Origin: Planctomycetota bacterium
GTDB taxonomy: Bacteria; Planctomycetota; B15-G4
Assembly (NCBI GenBank): GCA_965248575.1
Contig: CBDFJQ010000002.1
Location: forward strand, 3,008,001-3,072,000
Direction of reading: 5' to 3'
Length of the DNA: 64,000 nucleotides
The notes below the pieces were generated by a model, which saw only the letters and a list, made by a program, of their open reading frames with translations, made no database searches and had not been told where the DNA came from. The position numbers and the translations under genes were made by a program. Shown here piece after piece: positions 54,270 through 64,000 of this stretch (within the stretch, counting starts at the first letter, position 1; the number at the start of each line of letters is the position of its first letter).

Positions 54270-55453
54270 GATTCGATGACCGCCCCCAAGGGCACGTTGG
54301 CCGCATCCAGCACGGCCCGGACCGTGTCCCCCAGCAGGGTGTCAGGCGTGGACGCTCCTGCGGTGAAACCGATGGTCACATCGCCCTCTGGCAGCCAGCC
54401 CTTGTTCACCACGATCTCGCCGGAATCCGGAGAACGATGCGTGATCTCATCCCCGTGGATCGCGTCGGGGCCCAGCACGTGGAAGCTCGGGAAGTCGTCC
54501 CCGCCCACGCGCGTGAGGTTCTTGGTGTTGCTGGAATCGTAGCCGCCCACCACCACCAGCAGATCGAGCGGGCCGCGACCCGCCATCTCGCCCACGGAGT
54601 CCTGGTTCTCCTGGGTGGCGCGACAAATGGTGTTCAGCTCGCGGAAGTGCTCCGTCTCATCGTCCGTTCCAAATTTGGCGTCGAGAGCGGCACGCACCAT
54701 CTCCTCGATCTCGCGCGTCTCCGCCGCCAGCATCGTGGTCTGGTTGATGGTGCCCACCTGCCGCAGGTGTTGCCCGGGGTCGAAGCCCTCGGAGTGTGCG
54801 TCGGAAGTCAGGGACGAGAGGAAGGCCTCGTGATCCACCGCCCCGGAGATCACATCGCACAAGCCTTGGGCTTCCACGCGATCGGCGACCACCAGGTAGT
54901 GCCCGCCGCGTGACGCGATCAGGCTGCAGGACGCGCGCGTCTCCTCGTGTTGCACCAGACCATGGATGATCGTGGTGAAGCCATCCTCCACGTACTTCAG
55001 GGTGCGCCTGTGCGGCCGGATCACCCAAGGGCAGGTGGTGTCGACGACGGTGCAGCCGAGGTCCTGCAGCATGTTGATGTCCTCGACCGTGGCCGAGAAG
55101 GCGGGAATCACCACGACGTCTTCGGGGCGCAGCGCCCCATTGATGCCCGGTTCGGAGAACGGCCCGCGCAAGAAGCACACGCCCATCTCCTTGAAGTCGG
55201 CATTCACCTGCGGGTTGTGGATGATCTGGTCAAGCAACCAGGTGCGCTTCCCGGGGTGCTCGCGCAAGGCATCGCGAACCATGGCCACGGCACGGTCGAC
55301 CCCCCAGCAGAACCCGAAGGTGCGGGCCGTCAGCACGCGCACACGACCAGCGTTGAGTTCGCCATCGCCGGCACGCAGCTGCTCGATGAGCGCACTTCGA
55401 TACGAGTATCGCTGTTGCGGGTCTTCGTAGCGTTCGGCGGAAAGGTCGGTCAT
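54266..55453 (-). CDS. ispH: 4-hydroxy-3-methylbut-2-enyl diphosphate reductase
   Basis: FGFCWGV, IIHNP, DTTCPWV, NQTT, TICRAT, SSNT and TAGASTPD motifs. Confidence 0.94.
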   Translation of the reverse strand: MTDLSAERYEDPQQRYSYRSALIEQLRAGDGELNAGRVRVLTARTFGFCWGVDRAVAMVRDALREHPGKRTWLLDQIIHNPQVNADFKEMGVCFLRGPFSEPGINGALRPEDVVVIPAFSATVEDINMLQDLGCTVVDTTCPWVIRPHRRTLKYVEDGFTTIIHGLVQHEETRASCSLIASRGGHYLVVADRVEAQGLCDVISGAVDHEAFLSSLTSDAHSEGFDPGQHLRQVGTINQTTMLAAETREIEEMVRAALDAKFGTDDETEHFRELNTICRATQENQDSVGEMAGRGPLDLLVVVGGYDSSNTKNLTRVGGDDFPSFHVLGPDAIHGDEITHRSPDSGEIVVNKGWLPEGDVTIGFTAGASTPDTLLGDTVRAVLDAANVPLGAVIES

Positions 55454-55480
55454 GAAAAGCGCTCCGGGTGCGGGGCTACC

Positions 55481-56320
55481 TTAGCCACGACCGCATTCCG
55501 AAGCCACCGAGACCGCATGAGCCACGGCCAGGGCATCGGACGCAGCCCTGCAATCGTGCACGCGCACGAAATCGATCCCCGCCTGAGAGGCCAGGATCGT
55601 CGTGGCGGTGGTGGCATGTTCCCGCCCCTGGACAGGCTGCCCCGTCAGCTTCCCGAGCATGGACTTCCTGGAACAGCCCAGGACACTGCGATGCCCTTGG
55701 CTCGTGAACAGCCTCAGGTTCGCCATCAGGGCCAGGTTGTCTTCGAGGCGCTTGCCAAAGCCGATACCAGGGTCCAGCAACAGCCGATCCATGGGGATGC
55801 CAGCGCTCACGGCGCCGTCGACTGAGCGCTTCAACTGCTCCAGCACCTCGGCCGGGGCGTCCTTGTAGGACGGGCTCGTTTGCATCGTTTGCGGCGAGCC
55901 CCGGCGGTGCATCAAGACAGCGGGCAATCCGGCCTCGGCAACCACATGGACGAGCCGCGGGTCGTGCTGGAGAGCCGATACATCGTTGAGCAGGTCGACA
56001 CCCACGCGCAGCGCGCGCTCCAGGACCGTGCTGCTGCTGGTGTCCAAGGAGAGCGGGACCTGCACCGCCTCCCGCAGGGCGGGGAGGGCCTCGGCGAGAC
56101 GCGCCCACTCCTCATCCACTGGAACCGGATCAGCACCAGGGCGCGTGGAGACAGCCCCGATGTCCAGCAGGGCGGCACCGTCCTCGACCATGCGGCGCGC
56201 CGCCTCGACCACCGCCTCGACGGACGCAAACTGCCCTCCGTCGCTGAAGCTGTCCGGCGTGAGATTCAAGATGCCCATGACGCGGGTGCGCCCGGGCGAA
56301 GGCAGTGGGCGACGCGTCAC
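55481..56320 (-). CDS. folP: dihydropteroate synthase
   Basis: MGILNLTPDSFSDGG, STRPG, DPGIGFGK, SRKS and RVHD motifs; GTG start overlaps the ftsH stop. Confidence 0.94.
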   Translation of the reverse strand: MTRRPLPSPGRTRVMGILNLTPDSFSDGGQFASVEAVVEAARRMVEDGAALLDIGAVSTRPGADPVPVDEEWARLAEALPALREAVQVPLSLDTSSSTVLERALRVGVDLLNDVSALQHDPRLVHVVAEAGLPAVLMHRRGSPQTMQTSPSYKDAPAEVLEQLKRSVDGAVSAGIPMDRLLLDPGIGFGKRLEDNLALMANLRLFTSQGHRSVLGCSRKSMLGKLTGQPVQGREHATTATTILASQAGIDFVRVHDCRAASDALAVAHAVSVASECGRG

Positions 56321-58575
56321 GCGGGCCCGGGCACAGGCACCGAACCCCCACCAAAGCCCTCGTCCTGCTCGGGCTCTGTTTGCGGCGTTTCCTGGCCGCG
56401 CGCGCTCGGCGTGCCGCTCTCGGAATCCACCGACGGCGGCTCCTCCACCACGGGTCGCAGTTCCTCGACGCTCACGCCCGCCATGATGCGCCGCACGTCT
56501 TCGCTGCTGATGGTCTCGTAGCGCATGAGCGCCTCGGTCATGCACTCCACCTCGGCCCGGTTGGCGCCCAGGATCTCCTGGGCCGTCTTGTGCGCGTTCT
56601 CGAGAATACTCCGCACCTCGATGTCGATGGCTCGGGAGGTGTCCTCGGAGTAGTTCCGGTTGCGCATGAGCTCATTGCCCAGGAACACCTCGTCGCGGGA
56701 TTCTCCGTAGCAGACGGGGCCCAACACATCGCTCATGCCCCACGCGCAGACCATGTTGCGGGCGATCTCCGTGGCCCGTTCGATGTCATTCGATGCGCCG
56801 CCGGAGATGTCATCGCAGAACAGTTCCTCGGCCACGCGCCCGCCGTAGAGCATGGCCAACATGCCCAGCAACTCCTTGCGGCTGTGATGGTACTTGTCGC
56901 GCTCAGGGAGCTGCATGGTTGAACCCAACGCCATGCCTCGCGGAATGATGGTGACCTTGTGCACGGGCTCCACGACGTCCGGCAAATTGGCCGCCACGAT
57001 GGCGTGCCCCGACTCGTGGTAGGCGGTGATCTTGCGATCTTCGTCGATCAGCACACGGCTCTTCTTCTGCCGACCGAAGCGCACCTTGTCGCGGGCCTCC
57101 TCAAGGTCGTCTTGCTCGATGGACTCCTTGTTCTTGAGGGTCGCGAGCAACGCCGCCTCGTTGATCAGCGCCTCCAGCTCGGCACCGGAGAACATCGGTG
57201 TCCCCCGCGCCACCTCGGTCAGGTTTACATCGGGGCTCAGGATCACGCGCTGCGAGTGGACCACCAGGATGGCCTCGCGGCCGCGGATGTCTGGCAGGTC
57301 GAGGGCGATCTGGCGATCGAAACGCCCCGGGCGCATCAAGGCCGCATCCAGCACGTCCGGCCGGTTCGTGGCGGCGATCATGATCACGCCCGAATCGGTT
57401 TCGAAGCCGTCCATCTCCACCAGGATGGCGTTGAGCGTCTGCTCGCGCTCGTCATGCCCGCCGCCCAGGCCTGCGCCGCGCTTGCGACCCACGGCGTCGA
57501 TCTCATCCAGGAAGATGACGCACGGTGCGTTCTCCCGTGCTTGCTTGAAGAGGTCGCGCACGCGCGAGGCACCGACACCCACGAACATTTCGACGAAGTC
57601 ACTACCGCTGATGGCGAAGAAGGGCACGCTCGCCTCTCCGGCGATGGCCTTCGCCAAGAGCGTCTTGCCCGTACCAGGTGCGCCCACCAGCAACACACCT
57701 CGTGGCACACGCCCACCGAGCCGGCTGAAGTGCTTGGGATTCTTGAGGAAGGAGACGATCTCCTGCACTTCCTCCTTGGCCTCTTCCGCACCGGCCACCT
57801 CGTCGAAACTCACCTTCGACTGGTCCGGAGGGATCATCTTCACCTTGCTCTTGCCGAAGGACATGATCCCGCCCTGCCCGCCGCCGCCGCGCATCTGTCG
57901 CGTGAACAGGAAGAGGAAGAAGCCGATGAACAGCAGCCAGGGAACCAGCGTCAACAAGAGCCCGCCCCAGAGATCGCTGTCGGGCTCGTAGGAGACGTTG
58001 GTCTTCTCGCCCAAGGGCGCGGCCGCGATCTCCACCTCTTTGGCAGATGCAGCCTGAATGAATTCCCCCACGTACCTGGAGCCCGGCTCGCCCTTCAGGT
58101 GCGCCCAGTTGGACAGCCCGTTTGTCATGTAGTTGATGAAGACGCCCGTGTAGCCGCCACGCACGGGTGTGTTCACCGTGTAGCCGCTCAACAATCGCCA
58201 CGAACCATCGGCCACGTGTTCCGTGGCCAATTCGATGCCGACGCCGTCACGAATAGAACGGTTCGCCAGGCTCGCCAGCTCCGAGAGCTCGTCCGTGAAG
58301 TACTCGGGGACCTGCACCCCTTCCCAAAGCTGTGCCTCGCCCTTCCAGACCACGTCGGCATCGATGATGCGTTCGCCGCGGATGGTCAAGCGCACGATGT
58401 CGCCCGAATAGGCCAACGTGCGCAGGTTGTGGAACGTGCGGTCATCGCCACCCACAGGCGTGTAGTTCACGCTGCGCCAGATGATGAACACCATCGTCAG
58501 CACGAGGGCGAACGTCATGGCGTTGCCCATGCGGCTCGGCTGGGGGCGCGGAGGCTTCTGGGGGGGCGTGCTCAT
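56317..58575 (-). CDS. ftsH: ATP-dependent zinc metalloprotease FtsH
   Basis: Two TM helices; [27 protein letters not shown]. Confidence 0.97.
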   Translation of the reverse strand: MSTPPQKPPRPQPSRMGNAMTFALVLTMVFIIWRSVNYTPVGGDDRTFHNLRTLAYSGDIVRLTIRGERIIDADVVWKGEAQLWEGVQVPEYFTDELSELASLANRSIRDGVGIELATEHVADGSWRLLSGYTVNTPVRGGYTGVFINYMTNGLSNWAHLKGEPGSRYVGEFIQAASAKEVEIAAAPLGEKTNVSYEPDSDLWGGLLLTLVPWLLFIGFFLFLFTRQMRGGGGQGGIMSFGKSKVKMIPPDQSKVSFDEVAGAEEAKEEVQEIVSFLKNPKHFSRLGGRVPRGVLLVGAPGTGKTLLAKAIAGEASVPFFAISGSDFVEMFVGVGASRVRDLFKQARENAPCVIFLDEIDAVGRKRGAGLGGGHDEREQTLNAILVEMDGFETDSGVIMIAATNRPDVLDAALMRPGRFDRQIALDLPDIRGREAILVVHSQRVILSPDVNLTEVARGTPMFSGAELEALINEAALLATLKNKESIEQDDLEEARDKVRFGRQKKSRVLIDEDRKITAYHESGHAIVAANLPDVVEPVHKVTIIPRGMALGSTMQLPERDKYHHSRKELLGMLAMLYGGRVAEELFCDDISGGASNDIERATEIARNMVCAWGMSDVLGPVCYGESRDEVFLGNELMRNRNYSEDTSRAIDIEVRSILENAHKTAQEILGANRAEVECMTEALMRYETISSEDVRRIMAGVSVEELRPVVEEPPSVDSESGTPSARGQETPQTEPEQDEGFGGGSVPVPGPA

Positions 58576-58576
58576 T

Positions 58577-59119
58577 CTATTCGAACTCCGTTTCCAACTC
58601 TCTGACGATGTCGCGCGCGAGGAAGGCAAAGGCCTCTCTGCGCGCGTCATCCAAGCCCCGATTCGGCGAAGATGCCGAATCGGAATTGACGAACTCGCCC
58701 CGCTGCGTCAAGCGCTTCGTCTTGATGACGACACCGGTGCGAGCGTCCTTGATTTCAATGACTGCTGTCACGCTCGTCGAGCGGGAGGTGACGTCTTGTT
58801 GGGGGTCCTCGGATAGCACGGTCTGCCTCACATTGACGACTCGGCCTGAGAGAAGGATTTCTGCTCCCTCCTTGCTCGACAGGCGCAGACCGGGTCTTGA
58901 AAGGATCTCGCGATGAACGTGCTCGGTGAGTTCAAACTCCACATCCCGATAGAAGGTTTCGTTGAGAAAATAACCAACGAAGACTTCGTCACGGTCCTTT
59001 GCGAAGAGCCCACCCCGCTTGAGTTGGACACAGCCCCCGAGCACCCCGATGCCTACAAGGGCGATCAGGCCCAGCAGCGCCAGGCGGTTCCTGCGGAAGC
59101 AGCGGCTCAGGGGAATCAT
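58577..59119 (-). CDS. lptE: LptE-family lipoprotein
   Basis: Lipobox LGGC; F.NETF...EFELTE; LARDIV; follows a BamD-like gene. Confidence 0.7.
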   Translation of the reverse strand: MIPLSRCFRRNRLALLGLIALVGIGVLGGCVQLKRGGLFAKDRDEVFVGYFLNETFYRDVEFELTEHVHREILSRPGLRLSSKEGAEILLSGRVVNVRQTVLSEDPQQDVTSRSTSVTAVIEIKDARTGVVIKTKRLTQRGEFVNSDSASSPNRGLDDARREAFAFLARDIVRELETEFE

Positions 59120-60075
59120 GATTCGGGGTCCGGAAGAACCACGAAGGTATCCGTCGACGACAGCCGCGCCTCGTTCTGAAGTTGCTTCAAGTCGAAGCCC
59201 ATGGCCTGCAGCCGCCCCAGCGCATCCCGGCCGGCCTCGGTCCCTCCGAACAACAGCGCCGCGTTGGCCAGCCTGACGCGCTCTCCATCCGGATTACCGC
59301 GAGCGGCATAGAAGTTGGCGACCAGGACCTCGCCCCGTGCCAAGAGCTCCGTGACCCGGTTCAGATCAGCCCGGGCCTCCACAGCCTTGGCCCCGTAGGG
59401 ATGCTGCTCCAACGAGAGCTCGAGCAGCTTCTTCGCCCTCAGCATCTCGTCGCGGTTGTATTCGGGCCCGAAGACCAGCTTCAGCCGGTAGTGCCCTGCC
59501 AGCCACAGGCTGCGCTCGGCCCACTTGCTCTCGGGGTACTGCCGGTACAGCTGCTCATGGGTGAGCGCGGCCTCAAGCCACTCGCGCACATCCTCGCGTC
59601 CGAAGTAGTCGCCCACCAGGCGCAGGGATTCGTCGGCCCAATCGCCCTGTCGGTAATGGGCCTGGAGCGACTCCAGCGCCTCCACGCCCCGTGACCGGGA
59701 GTCGAACCAACCCCCGTACTCCTCCAGCGCCAGGAAGGCGACGCCGATCTCGTACAGGCGGTCTTCGATGTCCACCACATGGGGTGACCAGGGAGCGTTC
59801 TCCAGCACCTCGCGATACAGCCGGTAGGCCTTGAGGTGTCGCCCCAAGGCGAGCGCCGCTTCGGCCGCGATGAAGTTGGCATCCGCCTCGATGTCCAGCT
59901 CGAGGTTGCGGTCCACCAGCACCCGCTCCGCCAGGTCCAGGGCTTCGTCATGACGCCCCCACTCGAGGTAGGTGCGAGCCGACTCCAACTCATCCATGCC
60001 CTCCAACGGACGAACCGAGCTGCACGCCGCCAGGGCAGAGCACAGCAACAGCGCGAAGACGCGGGAGAAGGTCAT
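59116..60075 (-). CDS. bamD: BamD-like TPR lipoprotein
   Basis: Lipobox LAAC; TPRs; QYPESKWAE; LARGEVLVANFY. Confidence 0.7.
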   Translation of the reverse strand: MTFSRVFALLLCSALAACSSVRPLEGMDELESARTYLEWGRHDEALDLAERVLVDRNLELDIEADANFIAAEAALALGRHLKAYRLYREVLENAPWSPHVVDIEDRLYEIGVAFLALEEYGGWFDSRSRGVEALESLQAHYRQGDWADESLRLVGDYFGREDVREWLEAALTHEQLYRQYPESKWAERSLWLAGHYRLKLVFGPEYNRDEMLRAKKLLELSLEQHPYGAKAVEARADLNRVTELLARGEVLVANFYAARGNPDGERVRLANAALLFGGTEAGRDALGRLQAMGFDLKQLQNEARLSSTDTFVVLPDPES

Positions 60076-60089
60076 GAGGCGGGCAGCCC

Positions 60090-60851
60090 TCAGGCGGAAC
60101 GATGGAGCACGTGACAACGGGTGGGTCGCTCCATGACGTGGAGTAGACACCGATCGTAGTAACGCTTCATTTGATGTTCGATGCCGATCGGTAGCGCAAT
60201 TTCGGCCGCTTTTCGAGGGTCGGCGAGCCGGAACGAACGGATGGCCCGCGCGGCTGATGTCGACAGATCGAAGGAGTGGTCCTGCCCCGTACGGCATGTA
60301 CGGCAAACGATCCCGCCTCGCTCTGGGTCGCATCGCAGCATCCGGGAGCCCTCGGGCTGCCGGTCACAGGACACGCATCGATCGAGGACAAGCTCGAATC
60401 CGGTGAGTCTAAGCATCCCGCCTTGGAGCGCAAACACCACCGCAGGCAGCCGATCTGGCGCTGGATCGGCCTCCAGGGCCTCCAGATAGGCCGTAGCTTG
60501 CCGGTACATGGCGGAGACCCGTTGTCCCTCCGGGGCCATGGCCTGCAGCAGCTCCACCAGGTACTCACCGGCCAGGAGCAGGTCGGTGCGGCCGCGCATG
60601 ACCGGGTGATGGGAAAGAATGCGGCGCTCGCCCAGCTGAGCCAGGGATCGGCTGCCACGGCGACTGAAATACGTCAGCACGCAATGGTCGAGCAGATCCA
60701 CGCCGCCTCCCTTGCGGGCCTTGGGCCGGTGGACCCCCTTCAGGATGAGCGAAACCCGACCCTGGTCCTTGGTCAGGAATTCCGCAATCTGGCTCGTCTC
60801 GCCAAAGGGCGTTCGTCGGAGCGCGATGGCCTCAGTGGTGGCTCGTCCCAT
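60090..60851 (-). CDS. recO: DNA repair protein RecO
   Basis: LRRTPFGETSQI..FLT..G; zinc finger CVSC...CRTC. Confidence 0.88.
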   Translation of the reverse strand: MGRATTEAIALRRTPFGETSQIAEFLTKDQGRVSLILKGVHRPKARKGGGVDLLDHCVLTYFSRRGSRSLAQLGERRILSHHPVMRGRTDLLLAGEYLVELLQAMAPEGQRVSAMYRQATAYLEALEADPAPDRLPAVVFALQGGMLRLTGFELVLDRCVSCDRQPEGSRMLRCDPERGGIVCRTCRTGQDHSFDLSTSAARAIRSFRLADPRKAAEIALPIGIEHQMKRYYDRCLLHVMERPTRCHVLHRSA

Positions 60852-60898
60852 CGCTTGCTAGCCTACCGTTCCTGGCGGTCGGGCCCGCGACCGGACTC

Positions 60899-63049
60899 GT
60901 GGTCGAGCTGTCTGAGAGAGCTGGAATCGAGGTTCCTACGAAGACGCCGCCGGACAAGGACAGCCCGCGCAAGAAGCGGTCCGCCAGGGAGCCATCCCAG
61001 GCGGACGACAGGGACGCAGCATCTTCCGACAAGGGGCGCAAGAAAGCCGGCTCCAACGGGACCCCTCCCAAGGGGCGCACCCCCAATGTGATCCTCGAGG
61101 ACCTCGACCGCCTCGAAGCGAGCCGCCGCAACATCAAGAAGGGCGAGGTGCCGACCGAGCTGCAAGGCACCGTGCGCGACCCGAAGATCCCGCGCAAGTT
61201 GGGCCGCTACGCCAGGCCCCATATTCCGCAGATGACCCTGGCCTTGGTCATGTCCGCGACCTCCGCCGTCTCCAAGGTGCTGGCGCTGTACGTGATCTCA
61301 GGCCTGCTGCGGCCCATGTTCGAGAACCTGGACGGCGCCCCCGCGGAGGCCTTGCGGAGGATGCTCTGGAGGTTCGCTGAGCTCGCTCAGCCCAGCGGCA
61401 AGTGGCTCGAGGGCCTACGGGACTTCAGCGCCGCGGCCCTGGGCCTGTTCTCGGCGGGCTGGAACGCCACGCTGCCCCTCACCCAGCTCAAGACAGCTGC
61501 GGTGATGATCGTGGTGCTGGTCGTTTTCGAGCAGGCCATCAAGTACGGCCAGAAGCTGCTCATGCGAGCCGTGGCACTCAACCTGGTGCAGGACATGCGC
61601 TGTGATCTGTTCGCCAAGATCATGAGCCTGTCCATGCGCTTCTTCCACGCGAACCACTCGAGCAAGCTGCTCGCGCGCATCACCAACGACCTGACGAAGC
61701 TGGGCAACCTGCTGGTGGACGTCATGGTCCACTGGTTCACGGATGTGTTCACGGTGATCGCGTCCATCATCTACATCTACGTCGAGGGCGGCTCAGCGGT
61801 GTTCCTGGGCCTGCTGCTGGCCTCGGTGTCCTTCGCGCCGGTGCAACAGCTGGGGCGCCGCATCCGCAACCGCGAGCAGAAGAACCACCGCAAGATGGCG
61901 GAGCTCTTCCACTCGGTGGCCGAGTCCTTCGGGGCCCAGAAGATCGTCAAGGCCTTCGGCGCCCAGGACTACGAGAAGCAGCGCTTCCGGGACGTGAACG
62001 CCACCTTCACCCATGGGCGCATGAAGTCGGCGGAGCTGGCGGCGCGGGCCGAACCCATGGTGGAGATCCTGGGCGTCATCGCCGTGGCCGCCTTCCTGTT
62101 CTACGGCGGACGCAGCGTCATTTCCGGCGACTGGGACGGGCCGGACTTCTTCACCGTGGTGGTGGCGTTGTTCACCTGCGTGAGCTCGCTGCGGCGGCTG
62201 GGTGACACGAGCAACAAGTTCCAGGGCGGCATGTCCTCCGCCGACCGCGTGGCGACGTTGCTCTTCTCCGAGCCCGAAATCATCGACGCCCCCGATGCAC
62301 GGCCCCTGGACATCTTCGAGCGTTCTATCGCCTTCGAGCACGTCACCTACTCTCACGAGGAGGGGCGCAAGGTCCTGGAGGACGTGAACTTCGAGCTCAT
62401 GAAGGGGCAGACCCTGGCCCTCGTGGGGCACACGGGTTCGGGCAAGTCCACCATCGGCGACATGCTGATGCGCTTCTACGACGTCGACGAGGGCGCCGTG
62501 CGCATCGATGGCGAAGACGTGCGCCGGCTGAAGCTCCAAACCATGCGTGACCAGATGGCCATGGTCACCCAGGAGACGGTGCTCTTCGAAGGCACCATCG
62601 CGTCCAACATCGCCTACGCCATGCCGCATGCCACCCGCGACGACATCGAGCGCGTCGCCAAGGCTGCCCACGCCCACGGCTTCATCATGAAGCAGCTGGA
62701 CGGCTACGACACCCGCGTCGGCGAGCGCGGCGCGACCCTCTCCGGCGGCGAGCGCCAGCGCATCGCCATCGCCCGGGCACTGCTGCGTGACAAGCCGATC
62801 CTGATCCTCGACGAAGCGACGTCGGCGCTCGACACCAAGTCGGAGCAGATCGTCCAGGAAGCCATCGAGCTGCTCAAACAGGGGCGGACCACGCTGATCA
62901 TCGCGCACCGCCTGTCCACCATCCGCGAGGCCGACCAGATCCTGGTGCTCGAACAGGGCCGCATCGTGGAGCGCGGCACCCACGACGAGCTCATGGCTCA
63001 GGCGGGCATCTACGAGGGCATGGTGAGGTTGCAGAGCACCGACGGGTAG
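60899..63049 (+). CDS. MsbA-like ABC exporter (fused TMD-NBD; start uncertain)
   Basis: GHTGSGKST, LSGGERQR and ILDEATSALD motifs; ABC membrane domain. Confidence 0.92.
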   Translation: MVELSERAGIEVPTKTPPDKDSPRKKRSAREPSQADDRDAASSDKGRKKAGSNGTPPKGRTPNVILEDLDRLEASRRNIKKGEVPTELQGTVRDPKIPRKLGRYARPHIPQMTLALVMSATSAVSKVLALYVISGLLRPMFENLDGAPAEALRRMLWRFAELAQPSGKWLEGLRDFSAAALGLFSAGWNATLPLTQLKTAAVMIVVLVVFEQAIKYGQKLLMRAVALNLVQDMRCDLFAKIMSLSMRFFHANHSSKLLARITNDLTKLGNLLVDVMVHWFTDVFTVIASIIYIYVEGGSAVFLGLLLASVSFAPVQQLGRRIRNREQKNHRKMAELFHSVAESFGAQKIVKAFGAQDYEKQRFRDVNATFTHGRMKSAELAARAEPMVEILGVIAVAAFLFYGGRSVISGDWDGPDFFTVVVALFTCVSSLRRLGDTSNKFQGGMSSADRVATLLFSEPEIIDAPDARPLDIFERSIAFEHVTYSHEEGRKVLEDVNFELMKGQTLALVGHTGSGKSTIGDMLMRFYDVDEGAVRIDGEDVRRLKLQTMRDQMAMVTQETVLFEGTIASNIAYAMPHATRDDIERVAKAAHAHGFIMKQLDGYDTRVGERGATLSGGERQRIAIARALLRDKPILILDEATSALDTKSEQIVQEAIELLKQGRTTLIIAHRLSTIREADQILVLEQGRIVERGTHDELMAQAGIYEGMVRLQSTDG

Positions 63050-63096
63050 ATCCTGCGTGAACTGCCCGCGGCACCCGGCCGCCAGCTCTACCCGCG

Positions 63097-63858
63097 TCAG
63101 CCGGGCTTCACGGCCTTGAAGATCTGCACGTCGCCCTTCACGTTGCGGAACAGGCTGCGCAGGCCGGGCAGGTTCAGCACCGTGTCCCGGCTTGGCACCG
63201 CGATGTAGGGGTAGGTGTCGAAGGCATCGATGCGGAAGCCCACCCCGCTCAGCAGCGCGCGCAGCTCGTGCACGGTGTAGATCTTGATGTGCAGCGTCGG
63301 TGCCGAGTAGGTCTTCTTGATCTCGGCCAGGGCCTTGCGCTGCACGGAGCCCGCCTCGAGCCATTCGTTGAGGCGCTTCAGCCCCTTGCGCTGCATCAGG
63401 AAGGCATCGTTGTCGGTGTCGACGATCAAGCGCCCGCCGGGGCGCAGGATCCGGAACACCTCTTGGATCATCGTCCGGCCAGGAGCTTCGGCCAGATGCT
63501 CGATGATGTCGTTGAGCAGCACCACGTCGAAGCTGGCATCCGGGAAGGGCACGCAGGTGGCATCACCGCGCAGGAACGGGATGCCCTGCTGCTGTTGCTG
63601 GGCGATCTTGAGGGCGGCCTCCGAGAAGTCCAGACCCACCACTTTGCCGCCACGACTGCGGGCCAAACCGCCGAAGAAGCCGACCCCACAGCCCAGGTCC
63701 AGCACGTCCAGGCCATCCACCTCGCCCATGAAGCGCTGCACGTTGGCCACGCGCTGGCTGTAGACAGGGCTGTTGTAGCGAGCCAGATGCCCTTCGAAGT
63801 AATGGGAGTCGTAGTGACTCTCATCGAAGAGATCTTTGTCTTGTTCGAGAATGGTCAT
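63097..63858 (-). CDS. class I SAM-dependent methyltransferase
   Basis: VLDLGCGVG, PFPDASFDVV, IEHL and RILRPGG motifs. Confidence 0.9.
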   Translation of the reverse strand: MTILEQDKDLFDESHYDSHYFEGHLARYNSPVYSQRVANVQRFMGEVDGLDVLDLGCGVGFFGGLARSRGGKVVGLDFSEAALKIAQQQQQGIPFLRGDATCVPFPDASFDVVLLNDIIEHLAEAPGRTMIQEVFRILRPGGRLIVDTDNDAFLMQRKGLKRLNEWLEAGSVQRKALAEIKKTYSAPTLHIKIYTVHELRALLSGVGFRIDAFDTYPYIAVPSRDTVLNLPGLRSLFRNVKGDVQIFKAVKPG

Positions 63859-63940
63859 GGCGCGGCCCGGTGAGTGAAACGCTGCCGAAGGCTAGCAGAT
63901 GATCGGCCCCTCGGCTCCCCGCTGACCCGCAGTCAGACCC

Positions 63941-64000
63941 TTAGCCGGAGAGGCGGTCGAGCAAGCTGCGCACGGCCTCGACATCCGGCAGCTCCTCCGG
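63941..64000 (-). CDS. probable C-terminal fragment of an upstream gene
   Basis: Frame reads PEELPDVEAVRSLLDRLSG* with GC-rich third positions; runs off the window end. Confidence 0.4.
   Translation of the reverse strand, partial: PEELPDVEAVRSLLDRLSG

Overview
GC-rich, gene-dense bacterial window from a diderm (lptE, bamD, secretin and MsbA-like genes; a Planctomycetota-like origin is only a guess). The right half (about 30-64 kb) is mostly housekeeping: pnp, rpsO, queC, hutI, a long recO-bamD-lptE-ftsH-folP-ispH-cdaA-cdaR-glmM-tsaB-alr-manC operon, an ABC exporter and several uncharacterised exported proteins. The left half carries a ~26 kb minus-strand anaerobic-respiration block between rsmG and tRNA-Thr(CGT). 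It opens with usp, a Cys-rich PAS histidine kinase and a sigma54 activator. A sigma54 promoter then precedes one run of genes: diheme cytochrome c (NarC-like), narGHJI, narK, a complete alternative complex III-like set (ActA, ActB, fused ActC-ActD, ActE, ActF), a NarK-DoxX fusion, a NorC-like diheme cytochrome and a NorB-like heme-copper oxidase. The oxidase has a rebuilt active site: the helix VI His/Glu are missing and the helix X HxH reads HxM. No nirS, nirK, nrfA, nosZ or norQD is in the window. This Nar/NXR-like + ACIII + atypical NOR-like operon is the best candidate for an undescribed system. All calls rest on motif recognition only; no searches were run.
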